NCBI GenBank assembly: GCA_951406725.2
Contig: OX597816.1
Location: 10,850,001-10,914,000, forward strand
Length of the DNA stretch: 64,000 nucleotides
Direction of reading: 5' to 3'
Source: Octopus vulgaris
Taxonomy: Eukaryota
A program made the translations under genes and the position numbers. Position 1 is the first letter of the stretch, and every line of letters starts with the position of its first letter. The notes beneath the pieces are model-generated. The model saw nothing but the letters and a program-made list of their open reading frames with translations. It was not told the DNA's origin and did not search any database. Shown here piece by piece: positions 13,081 through 25,972 of this stretch.

Positions 13081-13697
13081 ATTCTACTGATAAGTCAGTG
13101 CCGTTGCCTTCCTCTAACCAAACATGTTTGAGCGTACTGATCGATCGATCGATCAAGAGAGAAAAAAAAAAGAATCTAGTTCATTCTGTAAAAGGTCTGT
13201 TACGTATAAAAAGCATTTACATGTCATCGTCTTTGACTAGACAATGTAACAGATGGCCTTAGAAGCATCTTGAGTTGACAGAAACAACTTTCAACACGAA
13301 ATCATTTCAGTGGCTGTCTTGAAGATTTGTACTAAGGCAAAAATTACAACGGCATTCAATTTACCATATTGAAGAGCAACAATAAGAAGCCATTAGCAAT
13401 GCAACAGTTTATCAGACTTTGGAATTGGTAAATAGCTAGAATGCAGAATGGAAGTGGTGGCTGCAGTGACAGAAGTTGCAGCTGCAACAGAAGCAGCAGC
13501 TGAATTCCTTCAAGGCACGGTTGTGTTGCGATGTCAAAAAAGATGAAACTAAATAAAGGAATAAATAAATTACAAAGTAACAAATAGAAAAAAAAAATAA
13601 CTTCAGGTTCTTCTACTTCTTCTGCGCTCGTGAATATCTCTCTCTTTCTCTTTCCTTCAAAGCAATAGCTTATTGCTTAAGCAGTAAACAAACACTC

Positions 13698-13942
13698 TGT
13701 GTGTGCATATACATACATACATATATATTATATATATATATTATACACATATTTATACATATATATATATACACACACACACATATATATATACACACAT
13801 ATATATATACACACACACATATATATACACATATATATATACACACACACACATATATATATATACACATATATATATACACACACATACATATATATAT
13901 ATATATACACACACACACATATATATATATATATAAACACAC

Positions 13943-13977
<35 letters not shown>

Positions 13978-14126
13978 CATATATATATACATATATACAT
14001 ATATAAATACATATATAAACATATATATGTATATATATATATATATACATACGTACATATATACATGCATATATATGTATATACATATACATACGTACAT
14101 ATATACATGCATATATATGTATATAC

Positions 14127-14180
<54 letters not shown>

Positions 14181-14322
14181 CATAAACAATTCTGCTGCAT
14201 CTAAGTTAAGTACCATATTCATTTGAATTCATTGGAATTCACTTGAATCTTAATTGTTTTTGCTGAAAATATATATACATATATATATATGCATATATAT
14301 AAGTATATATAAATGTATATAT

Positions 14323-14361
<39 letters not shown>

Positions 14362-14510
14362 CACACAAACACGCATATATATATCTATAAATATATATAT
14401 ATACATATATATAGGCATATATATAAGTGTATATATACAAATATGTATATATAGATATATATGCATATATATATGCATATATATATATGTATATATACAT
14501 ATATATTTAT
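13698..14510. repeat. Compound (TA)n/(CA)n microsatellite field
   Basis: Direct inspection. Confidence 0.95.
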
Positions 14511-14745
14511 AAATAAGGATAATATCGATGTTTAAATATCGGTATTATCAAGTGGCCAGCATGGGAATAAATACCATACAAAGGTAATAATTTTTATACA
14601 ACTATAAATAACGGTGTCCAAGAGACACCACCATGGTGAAATAGCAGTCAAATTCCCGACTCCAAAAACCACTTTAAATGTTCGTATCGCACCATGTGAG
14701 AAGACAGAGGGACAAAAATAGATTAGCAAAAAATATTACTGAATA

Positions 14746-14803
14746 ATTCAAGACCCTGGATTTCTAACTTTGCGTTAAATAAGCTTTGCCTCATCAGTTG
14801 AAT
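14746..14803 (-). ncRNA. Hammerhead ribozyme-like motif (type I) in a PLE-like segment at ~14515-14820
   Basis: attcaa-CTGATGA-ggcaaag...gtta-GAAA-tccagg-GTC-ttgaat; 6-bp stem I; stem II irregular. Confidence 0.6.
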
Positions 14804-14935
14804 ATACCAGATAGGCACATAAATACAAATATATATATACAGAACACACGTTATACTTACATATACGAACGTCCATACATACACATATATGCACGTATGT
14901 GTAAGGCCTATATATATATATACAAATGTATATAC

Positions 14936-14984
<49 letters not shown>

Positions 14985-14986
<2 letters not shown>

Positions 14987-15468
14987 ACCTGGCAGGACAA
15001 GTGAGACCATAACCCCCATGGCCTCTACATGGGATGTAGCCAGTCCACTTATGCATACCTTTCCTTCTTGGAACACAAAACTCTACTTGTGAAGACCTAT
15101 TGAGGCAAGTGAAAATCAAAATCGAAATGGATCAACATCAATGGAAATTGTAGCTGTGATACCAGTGCCGGTGGCACTTAAGAGAACCATCCAAATGCGG
15201 CCGTTGCCAGCACAGCCACGACTAGCATCCGTGCCGGTGGCATGTAAAAAGCACCATCTGATCGTGGCCATTTGCCAGCCTCGTCTGGCACCTGGCACGT
15301 AGAAAGCACCCACTACACTCACGGAGTGGTTGGCGCTAGGAAGGGCATCCAGCCATCGAAACACTGCCAGATCAGACTGGCTTCCCAGACCCCTTCTGGC
15401 TTCCCAGAACCCAGTTGAACCGTCCAACCCATGCTAGCATGGAAAGCGGATATTAAACGATGATGATG
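14985..15468 (+). mobile_element. SINE-like family C, alternative 5' part
   Basis: Shared body and (GAT)n tail; flanked by (TA)n. Confidence 0.8.
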
Positions 15469-15843
15469 ATATATATATTTATATATATATACTTATATAT
15501 ATATATATATACATACACATATATATATATACATATATATATGCATATACATATATATATATAAATGTATATATATATACATATATATACACACATATAT
15601 ATATATATGCATATATATATATATAAGTATATATAAATCTATATACACAAATATGTATATATATATATATAAATACACACACACATATATATGTATATAT
15701 ATTTATATAAATCGATACATATGTATATATGCATATACACACATGTGTACAGATGTATATGTCTGTATATGTATATGCAAATGTATACATCTATAGATGT
15801 GACTGTGTGTGTGCGTATGCATGTGTGTATATCTCTGCAAGTG

Positions 15844-15885
<42 letters not shown>

Positions 15886-15900
15886 TTCACATATACATAA

Positions 15901-15947
<47 letters not shown>

Positions 15948-16064
15948 TGCTTGTATATGTATAAGTACATATGTATTTATGAATATAGATATATGTCTGT
16001 GTATGTGCATTTATATACATTGATACATATATACGAGCGTGTATATATTATATACGTGCGTGTA

Positions 16065-16114
<50 letters not shown>

Positions 16115-16150
16115 TATATGTATACTTACATACGTGCATACTCATATATA
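15469..16150. repeat. Compound (TA)n/(CA)n microsatellite field
   Basis: Direct inspection. Confidence 0.95.
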
Positions 16151-16510
16151 GAAAGTGTCTTGCTAATTGTTTAAACATCAAATGAACAATATTTTTTTTT
16201 GCAAATTTTTATGAAATAAAAGAATTAAGCAGGTAATTTAGTAATATACGTAAACAGATTTTAAAATATTGAATTAAACAAAGGAATTTAGTTGAAACTT
16301 AATAATATGAAATATTTTCAATGGAAGTAAACAACATTTAGGTTTTGATGAGTTATTTGAAGCTTACTGTAGATATTTTGTTAGAGATTATATCAGTGTA
16401 AACCTAGTACAGAAAAGATCTAAAGTTTATACATAATTACACAAATATGATTGTGAGAAAAGACTGAAGCTCCACTCACCATAGACATAGCTACATATAT
16501 TTATACATAC

Positions 16511-16727
16511 TTACTCTTTTCACAATTTTCAGTCATTTGACTGTGGCCATGCTGGAGCACCGCCTTTATTCGAGTAAATCGACCCCCAGGACTTATTCTT
16601 TGTAAGCCTGGTACTTATTCTATTGCTCTCTTTTGCTGAACTGCTAAGTTACGGGGATGTAAACACACCAGTATCAGTTGTCAAGCGATGTGGGGGGGGG
16701 GGCAAACACAGACACACTAACATACAT

Positions 16728-16758
<31 letters not shown>

Positions 16759-16905
16759 CATACATATATATATGATGGGCTTCTTTCAGTTTCCGACTAC
16801 CAAATCCACTCACAAGGCTTTGGTCGGCCTGAGGCTATAGTGGTAGACACTTGCCCAAGGTGCTACGCAGTGGGACTGAAACCGGAACCATGTGGTTCAT
16901 AAGCA
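16511..16905 (-). mobile_element. SINE family A (5' end clipped)
   Basis: Reverse complement of 29-426. Confidence 0.85.
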
Positions 16906-16929
16906 AACATAGAGCACATGTGCTGCTGT

Positions 16930-17118
16930 CCTGTATAAAGCACCTGTGCTGGGGCAATATAAAAGCATCTAGTACACCCTGTAAAGTGGTTGGCATTAGG
17001 AAGGGCATCTAGCATTAGAAACCAAGCCAAGGCAGACACATGGCGCGTGGTGCAGTTATCCTGTTTGTCAGCTCCTATTAAACCATCCAACCAATGCCAG
17101 AGGGAAAATGGAGATTAA
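16930..17118 (+). mobile_element. Diverged SINE-C-like 3' fragment
   Basis: gtggttggcattaggaagggcatctagc. Confidence 0.65.
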
Positions 17119-17137
17119 ATTATTATTATTATTATTA

Positions 17138-17745
17138 AGGCAGTGATCTGGCAGAATTGTTAGCACACTGGATGACATGCTTATCAGTATTTTGCCCATC
17201 GTTACATCCTGAGTTCAAATTCTGCCGAGGTTGACTTTGCCTTTCATTCTTTTGGGGTCAATAAATTAGGTACCAGTTGCGTACTGGGGTTCATTGTAAT
17301 TGACTAGTCCCCTCCTCCCAAATTTCAGGTCTTGCACCTATAGTAGAAAGGATTATTGTTATCATCATTATTATTGTCTTTGCACAGCTTCTAACGCAGG
17401 AGATATACTATGGTGTCAGCTGTTCACTACCAGTGAACTAAGGTAACACTCCTTATTTTTCGAGAACCATCCGGAGTATTCAAATGGCTCTAAGCAGTGC
17501 TGTTTATTCTTCTTCTTCTTATTATTATTATTCAGGTGGTGAACTGGCAGAATTGATAGCATGCCAGGCAAAATGCTTAGCAGTATTTCGTCTGCTGTTA
17601 CATTCTGAGTTCAAATTCTACTGAAATTGACTTTGCCTTTCATCCTTTCGGGGTTGATGAAATAAGTACCAGTTATGCACTGGGGTCAATGTAATCGATT
17701 TACCCCCTCCCAACATTTGCTGGTCTTGTGCCAATATTTGAAACC
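17138..17745 (+). mobile_element. Two SINE-B copies flanking a short R4/Dong-like 3' end (17375-17505, minus)
   Basis: SINE-B consensus; the middle piece matches 45822-45950. Confidence 0.75.
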
Positions 17746-18205
17746 GATCTTACCAAATACAGTAAGATGCTAATATGACGATGAGGATGATGACAACAAT
17801 GACGATGATGATGATAATGACAAAACCAGGTTATAAAAGTCAGCTTTAACAGCAAAAGACTGGAATAAAGTTGAAAAAATTAAATCAAAAAAGCTTTTGT
17901 AAGAAAATATGACAAGACCAATTTCAAAAATGATGCACCAAAATTGAAGAAATCTGTTTTCACTGTAGAATATAAAAATAAATATAAACTTAGTAAAATG
18001 AATTAAAAGAGAAAGAAAAGTTGAGTCACGTTTCAGTTGGTCTCTCATTAAAAAAGCTATAAACCTTTTACTAGTTAATTCATATTCTGAATTACATAAA
18101 GTCATCACCTAATAAAGAAATTGGATGATTTTAATGCTGATAAAATATAGATTTCATTTATGAAATTAATACTAACATAATTTTGAAAATAAATGGATCA
18201 ATCAA

Positions 18206-18601
18206 GGCGCAGGAGTGGCTGTGTGGTAAGTAGCTTGCTAACCAACCACATGGTTCCGGGTTCAGTCCCACTGCGTGACATCTTGGGGAAGTGTCTTCTG
18301 CTATAGCCCCGGGCCGACCAATGCCTTGTGAGTGGATTTGGTCGATGGAAACTGAAAGAAGCCTGTCGTATATATATGTATATATATATATATATGTGTG
18401 TGTGTTTGTCCCCCTAGCATTGCTTGATAACCGATGCTGGTGTGTTTACGTCCCAGAGACTTAGCGGTTCGGCAAAAGAGACCGATAGAATAAGTACTGG
18501 ATTTACAAAGAATAAGTCCCGGGGTCGATTTGCTAGACTAAAGGCAGTGCTCCAGCATGGCCGCAGTCAAACGACTGAAACAAGTAAAAGAGTAAAAGAG
18601 T
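18206..18601 (+). mobile_element. SINE family A, full length
   Basis: Near-identical to 29-426. Confidence 0.9.
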
Positions 18602-18639
18602 AATAAGGACAATAATAACAGCAGCAACAATGATAATAA

Positions 18640-19395
18640 TCTTTTCTGCTGCAGGTACAAATCCTGAAATTTCGAAGGAGGGCATAATCAATTACATCGA
18701 CCCCAATGCTCAACTGGTACTTATTTTATCGACCCCGGAAAGATAAATGCCAAAGTTGACCTCAGTGGAAATTGAACTCAGAATGTAAAAATGGACAAAA
18801 TGCCACTAAGCATTATATCTGTTGGGCTACCGATTCTGAGAGCACAAGGCCAGCAAATTTAGTGGAGCAACAGCACTAACGATTTTAGGGGTTAGACGTT
18901 ATTATCAACTCCAGTACTTGATTTCAGTAGTACTTTATTTTATCGAACCCAAAAGAATGAAAAGCAAAGTTGAACTTGAAGGTATTTGGAACTCAGTGCA
19001 TAAAGAACTAGAACAAATGATGCCAAACGTTTGTTTTTCCTTTCTGACATGCTAACAATTCTTCCAAATAACTTTGAGGGGAGGGGGAAAGATGATTACA
19101 TTAAACTTAGTATTTGACTTGTACTTTATTTTATCTGCCTTGAAAGGATGAAAGGCAATGTCGACCTCTAGGGTATTTAAAGGTAGAGCTGTGTGTTAAG
19201 GAGCCTGCTTCTCAACCACATGGTTCCAGGTTCAGTTCCACTGCATGATACTTTGGGCAAGTGTCTTCTAATATACATTTATTTATTGCCCCCTGTGGAG
19301 CTAAACATAAAGGGACAAACAAGGACAGACAAAAGGATTAAGTCGATTAAAGACAGATGAAATACTGCTAAGCATTTCGCCCGGTGTGCTAATGT
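18640..19395 (-). mobile_element. Cluster of degenerate SINE-B copies plus a SINE-A head (19184-19270, +)
   Basis: Homology to families A and B. Confidence 0.7.
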
Positions 19396-19512
19396 GAGAA
19401 CAACATATATCAAAATTACTAAAACTAATAAAATGTTTTATTGTGTCTGGGGAGAGTCATTCACTTTTAGTGCCTTATTATTTAACACACTCACCAGTTC
19501 AATTTCCATTTA

Positions 19513-19925
19513 TTTTACTCTTTACTCTTTTACTTGTTTCAGTCATTTGACTGTGGCTATGCTGGAGCACCACTTTTAGTCGAGCAACTCGACCCCAGGA
19601 CTTATTCTTTGTAAGCCCAGTACTTATTCTATTGGTCTCTTTTGCCAAACCGCTAAGTTATGGGGACGTAAACACACCAGCATCGGTTGTCAAGCAATGC
19701 TAGGGAGACAAACACAGACACACAAACACACACACACATATATATATATATATACATATATACGACAGGCTTCTTTCAGTTTCCGTCTACCAAATCCACT
19801 CACAAGGCATTGGTCGCCCCAGGGCTATAGCAGAAGACACTTGCCCAAGATGCCACACAGTAGGACTGAACCCGGAACCATGTGGTTGGTTAGCAAGCTA
19901 CTTACCACACAGCCACTCCTGCGCC
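19513..19925 (-). mobile_element. SINE family A, full length
   Basis: Reverse complement of 18206-18601. Confidence 0.9.
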
Positions 19926-19978
19926 TATTTAATTATCTATTTATTTAAAAAAATTTGTTACAATTTGCAACCTTTTCA

Positions 19979-20393
19979 GTAGTTAGTTAGTTAGTTAGTT
20001 AATTTGGCTCAAAAGCAAATAGCAAGGCCATGTAGGGGGACATTGAGTTAAGTACAGGGTGGTGTTCATGTAAAGAGTTCAGGCCACTTGAGGTCAAGGG
20101 AGGCTTTGAACAAAGCGGTCGTCGGCATCTTCACCATCTCGTCTGGCAGCTTGTTCCACGGATCTGCAACCCGGACGGAGAAAGCTCCCCTCCTTCGATT
20201 GAGATGAAATCGTCGCAAGTAGAGCTTTTCGGAATGACCCCGCAGCCGACGCTCTGGAGCAGGAGTGAAGAACAGCTCTTTCGAGAGGTTACACTTTCCG
20301 CTTATGATGTTGTGGGCGAGAATGAGATCACCACGGCGGCGGCGTTTTTCAAGAGAATAAAGGTCGAGCGTCCTCAGCCTTTCTTCGTAGGAC
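19979..20393 (-). mobile_element. CR1-clade LINE 3' end, 5'-truncated, (TAAC)n tail
   Basis: Open frame SYEERLRTLDLYSLEKRRRRGDLI...RLRGHSEKL...FSVRVADPWNKLP...FKASLD; stop at 20066-20068. Confidence 0.9.
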
Positions 20394-20649
20394 CCTCAAA
20401 GACATACAGTAGTCATTGACTGTCCATTATCAGAGTTAAGGCCCTGAAAGAGAATTAATCTCCACAGATACAATAAAATATACTTCAACAAGTGAATTCA
20501 CATAAAGAATCTTGTAAACCAGATACAAAAACGAAACAATAATATATTGTTTTTTTATTATAAGTAACAATACACATAATTTGTAATATTGGGAGAATAT
20601 GCGCTCTTCTTTCTGTCAGCTTGGCTGTGATATGAACATCAAAACACTA

Positions 20650-21160
20650 CCTGGGTAATCACCTGGATCATTTTGTAGACAACCTTGAGTTATCTGCAAA
20701 ATAATCCAAATGACCTAAGTGATGCATAGGGTGAACGATTCTTCCAAGGTTTACAAACTATGGAAGAAAGATTGCCATGGACACTGGAATATCCATATGA
20801 TGGTGAATTACTACTGGATCATTCAACATGACTGTGTGGGGCAATTCACCACAGGGAGACACTAAAACACTGCTTTTGTGAGACAGCTGAGTAAATTAAC
20901 ATGGTATCAATAACTTGATACTCTTGTTTCACTATTATTTCATTCTATGGATGCAATTTAATCATAAATAAACACATTCTTCTCGCCTGAAGTCATTTCT
21001 TTTTATCCAGGATGCAATAACAATGATTCGTAATTATCAATCTTTGTGCCAAATCGTTTGTATACAGAACGATTAGGGGTGAAACATATTTAGAAAAGCA
21101 ATCAAACCTTACTTAAAAAGAGGTCCATTATCTCAGGCACCAAAATTCTGTTTTCCCCCA
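20650..21160 (+). mobile_element. Degenerate DNA transposon remnant, Chapaev3-like transposase C-terminus
   Basis: Frameshifted HLDHF...LSDA*GERF.Q.LQTMEER..HGHWNIHMMVNYYW resembles the SDEHGERFHQ...MEKRYQG.W...M.ADYCW motif. Confidence 0.55.
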
Positions 21161-21424
21161 AGTTATTGTTTGTATTCTTGCTGCTCTGTGTGCACCCCAT
21201 GAATTATTATCTGTTTGGCGGACATCAACATGCCTCAGCAAAATCTCGGTTTACTAATTACTGTAAACAAAAGCTTGTGCTTTTGTTAGAATCATTTGAT
21301 TTGGCTGAGAACAAACGCAATTAGTTTGAAATCCCATGGTATCTCAAAGTCCCCTTACACTGGTTAATTGCGTATGTTATGAACACACATTGTCTACATG
21401 ATTGAGGTGTTCTCTCATTATTAC

Positions 21425-21610
21425 CATTTAACATCTGTTTTCCATGCTGGTATGGGTTGAACAGTTTGAGAGGAGCTGGCATGGTCAGAAGCCACACCAG
21501 GTTCCATTGTCTGCCTTGATATAGTTTCTGTGGCTAGATGCCCTTCGTAAATCCAACCACTTTACAGAGTGTACTGCGTGCTTTTATGCAGTAGTGGCAC
21601 AGGTGCTTTT
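21425..21610 (-). mobile_element. Diverged SINE-C-like fragment
   Basis: tttccatgctggtatgggttg...gctagatgccctt. Confidence 0.6.
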
Positions 21611-21659
21611 GTGTGGCAGCAACACAACTGCTTTTGATGTAGAATGAGCATTTTTTTTT

Positions 21660-21960
21660 TGCCCTTTTCAACCCTAGCCAGGCTCATGGGCCTGTTTTCC
21701 TGGTTTCTGTGGTGTATGTGTTCCCCCCAGCTGGACGGGACGCCAGTCCATTGCAACGTTACTCAAGAAACAGGAAGAGAGACTGAGAGAAAGTTGTGAC
21801 AAAAGAGTACAACAGGGGTCACAACAACCCCTTGCCGGAGCTTCGTGGAGCTTTTAGGTGTTTTCGCTCAATAAACACACACAACGCCCAGTCTGGGAAT
21901 CGAAACAGCGATTCTCCAGCCACGAGTCCACTGCCCTAACCACTGGGCCATTGCACCTCC
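21660..21960 (-). mobile_element. SINE family D with V-domain-like tail (type 2)
   Basis: Head as at 11778; minus strand GATGGACTGGCGTCCCGTCCAG-like motif (aatggactggcgtcccgtccag). Confidence 0.75.
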
Positions 21961-22591
21961 AGAATGAGCATTAGTGTCATTTTATGTGGTACTAGCACCT
22001 GTACTTTTTATGTGGCATGATCATCCGTGCTTTTTACATAGCACCAGTGCTGACAGGGTCACTAAGGACCTTTGATGATAAAAATAACGACAGTGACCAG
22101 ATATCCATATTTGAATCTGCCAAGATGTAATCATAATGAATAGAGATGTTATTGTCAAAGAAAACCATTATACAGAATTTCAAAAATTACATATTAAATA
22201 TTTTCACCAGAATTAAAAAGCAAGGAGCTTCTCCTCTCCAAAACATAAATATGATAAATAAAAAGAAAGACTAGATGGCTACAAGTGGGATTGATTTGCT
22301 TGCTCAAGACTAGCCTGAGTCTAAAAGACAACAATAATAATAAGAATTGAAAACAAAGCAGTCACCTGAACTGTTAGAAATAGCACACAAATTTTCCTAA
22401 AATCATGTCCAACCACCTTAAGTATATAAAGTGCAATTTCGTTTCTGGTTTACAAAAAAAAAAAAGAAAAGAGAAGAGGAGGGCTGCTAAGGGTTGAGCT
22501 GTTTCTCATTATAGGCCTGTTTAATTAAGTCTGAAATCTGTCAGTATCACATGAATTATTCATTAACACACACACACACATACATATATAT

Positions 22592-22703
22592 ATCATGTGA
22601 CCGACCAGGCTATCAAATGTTGCTACACATTGCTGGTCACAATGTGCTTTGCATTGTTTTAGCCTTCAAACGATGCCACCCCGCTGGCTAAGTGAGCAGG
22701 CCA
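22592..22703 (-). mobile_element. SINE-D tail type 1 fragment
   Basis: Reverse complement of 11950-12055. Confidence 0.75.
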
Positions 22704-23394
22704 ATATATATATATATATATGTATGTATAGGTGTATATTTCTATATATATATGTGTGTTGTTGTTGTGTGTATATATATATATATACACACACACACAC
22801 ATACATTGACATGTATATGTATTTATTATAACAGCAACATTGATCGATTCACTCTATTTTCATGTGTTATATTCAATTAAAAAGCGTTTCTGTATAATAC
22901 AACATAGCAGAGGTTTTGAACCTTGAACATAATGTCAGCAACAGTCTCGTTTAATTTCAACGGCAGATCAAAATAAATTCCAGACAGATTAATTGCTCTT
23001 TTTATGTACAAGTATCAAACTCAAAGACACAAAGTATTAAAACATTTTGAAGTTGTTACAACTCACTATATTGTAAAAATGGCTCTTTTAATCTGTATAT
23101 TTGAGAAGAAATTTGAACTTATGACACAAACATATTTCAGTTTTTGCAGTAGGCCATACGAATCATTTATGTAATTGGAAACCTTCTGTGCTTCATTTCT
23201 TTAGATGATAACAGTGTGTGACTTTAGTCTCTTTAAAATTTCTTTCTAAGAAAGAATGACAACTGCACAATGCTGTGTGATAAATCAGCAATATTAGCTA
23301 TTGTATATATGTCACTTATTATTATGATATATAATGCAAAAATCGATATCCAGATATTAAGACACTGCCATGCATAAAGACGGCTCTTTCTGTC

Positions 23395-23739
23395 TCTGTG
23401 TATGTGTGCATGTATGCGAGCATGTATGTAAGCACGTATGCATGTGTGTACATATGTACATGCATGCAGAAATATATGTATGTATGTGTGCATGTATGTA
23501 ACTATGCATGCTTGTGTGTATATATATATCCATCAATCAATATCAATTAAGTTACCTGTCTACATCTGTCTATCAATCAGTCTGACTGTCTGTCTGTCTA
23601 TCTTCTGTCTATCTGCCTGCTTATGTACATACGTACCTACCAACCTACATACCTAACTGTCTGTCTATCTATCTATCTATCCATCTAACTGTGTGACTAT
23701 CTGCCTATCTATTTAATTATCTATCCATCTAACTGCCTG

Positions 23740-23788
<49 letters not shown>

Positions 23789-24048
23789 TTATCTAACTGC
23801 GTGTCTGTCAATCTATCTATCTATCCATCTAACTGAGTGTCGATCTGTCTATCTATTTAACTATCTATCCATCTAACTGCCTGTCTATGTATGTATCTAT
23901 CTATCTATGTATGTATGTATCTATCTATCTATCTATCTATCTAACTGCCTGTCTGTCAATCTATCTATCAAACTGCCTGTCTATCTATATCTCTATTTAT
24001 ATATACTTATATTTATATATGCATGCATGTATATATGTGTGCATATAC

Positions 24049-24091
<43 letters not shown>

Positions 24092-24101
24092 TATACATAC
24101 T

Positions 24102-24132
<31 letters not shown>

Positions 24133-24152
24133 GAATATATTCATATACATAC

Positions 24153-24203
<51 letters not shown>

Positions 24204-24266
24204 ATATATGTATTTGTAATATATATATGCATTTGTAATATATATATGCATATATATATATATATA
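23395..24266. repeat. (TATG)n/(TATC)n/(TA)n compound microsatellite field
   Basis: Direct inspection. Confidence 0.95.
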
Positions 24267-24267
24267 T

Positions 24268-24711
24268 TTGTTGAAATAGAAAGATGAATTTTCTTGTAAC
24301 AGATTATTCAAAGGTTTAACCGATACCTGGGTAGCAAAAATCACAGCGGAAAACAGCACGGTTGGAGATAAGACCATTTGGTGTTGCAACCGTGCGTTGG
24401 AGCGGATAATTGAAGTTTAATATTATTAGTGAATGGAATAAATGGAGTTGAACGAAGATTGTACAGAATACCTTTTATTACATTCTACACATGTTTGAAG
24501 GCCACAAATTTCAAATTCTGTTTAAATAAGGGTACCATATTACGGCTTTCTCTTCAGGAAAAAATTCCTGTTTTTTTCCTGAAGAGAAAGCCGCAATATG
24601 GTACCCTTATTTAAACAGAATTTGGAAATTTGTGGCCTTCGAAACATGTGTAGAATGTAATAAAAAGGTATTCTGTACAATCTTCGTTCAACTCCATTTA
24701 TTCCATTCACT

Positions 24712-24718
<7 letters not shown>
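24268..24718 (+). mobile_element. Penelope-like derivative: 5' motif (24268-24420) plus fold-back palindrome of the HHR-bearing 3' end
   Basis: 5' part aligns to the reverse complement of 51890-52025; palindrome arms align to 50955-51090. Confidence 0.75.
24576..24655 (+). ncRNA. Type I hammerhead ribozyme
   Basis: ttc-CTGAAGA-gaaagccgcaa...ttgtggccttc-GAAA-catgt-GTA-gaa; stem II ~10 bp; stem I only 3 bp. Confidence 0.7.
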
Positions 24719-24756
<38 letters not shown>

Positions 24757-24771
24757 TTTGTAATATATATA

Positions 24772-24853
<82 letters not shown>

Positions 24854-25852
24854 CAGACAGACAGAGATACATAGATAAATTAGAGACTCACATTCTCTGT
24901 ATAGAATACACTTCGTAGTGCTCAAGGGATTTGAACTTGAGTGGGTAGAGGAGTAAATGTAAGGACCAGCAAGTTAAGCAAGTCGATATACAAAATGTAT
25001 TTAATACATTTAATACAAAAATGTACATATGTATGCGTATAAAATCTCTGTTCTGTCAACACTGGAAAGGTAAAATTCTTCCCTGAAGAGGCAGGCTGGT
25101 GTTATCTGATGCTGTAATATATATAATATATACAATATATACACACACACACACATATAAGGTGAGCACAAGTGTGTATGTACGCCGCTATACGTATATA
25201 TATAAAAATAAAAAATGGAACAAAAACGCAATAGAGGGCATTAAAACATCTGGATTTATAGACGATACAAAGGTGGACAGGAAAAACAAAAACAACATAC
25301 AGAGGGACAAGAAAATACGATGGGTCATTCGTGGCTTTCTTTCATTAGTTAAATTTCCAGATGGTCCTTACAGTTTCGGGCAGTTACACTTCAGACTGTT
25401 CAAATCTAGTTTCGCCCAAAAAGTTTAAGCTAAAAGCATTAAATTTTTTGTAAGAAAGCAAGTGAATGTGTATGGCAACAAAAACCAAAAAAAAATGGAG
25501 AAGATATTACGCGATTACAAAAATAAATAACAATAGGTGTCTTTTGAGTAATGAGGATGGATCAAATTGAGCTGGCGTGTATAGGACGAAAGCCTTGAGG
25601 CAGGAACATAGGAGATGGACATAAAAGGATTTGGCGGTCGGCAGTCAAGCCAAGGAAGAAAGATCATGGCAGGCTGAACACCAGTCACATAGAAGGAGGA
25701 GAGAGGGGAAAGGGATAGAGAGATTGAAGGATTAGGGGAAATATAATCCTGTAAATAATAATAATAATAGTATTTTATAAGCTTAAAGGTAATAAACGAT
25801 CACCGTGCAATCACTAAAGAAAATAGTCTAACCATCACAGAAAAATATATGA

Positions 25853-25912
<60 letters not shown>

Positions 25913-25972
25913 AGTTGAAATTTACAGAAAAGCAAAATATGTATAGTGTGATGCTTTGGAAAGTGAGAATTT

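Noticed and set aside
13670-16151. Many YI/HT/CV-repeat ORFs
   Set aside because: Dinucleotide microsatellite artefacts
18206-18280. Possible tRNA genes at SINE heads
   Set aside because: A/B boxes are present but I could not fold a complete cloverleaf, and the heads run into SINE bodies
20204-20419. 71-aa plus-strand ORF
   Set aside because: Antisense shadow of the CR1 coding frame
25340-25420. Minus-strand GGGC...GCCC-GAAAC-TGTA as a hammerhead
   Set aside because: No correctly placed CUGANGA and no convincing stem I
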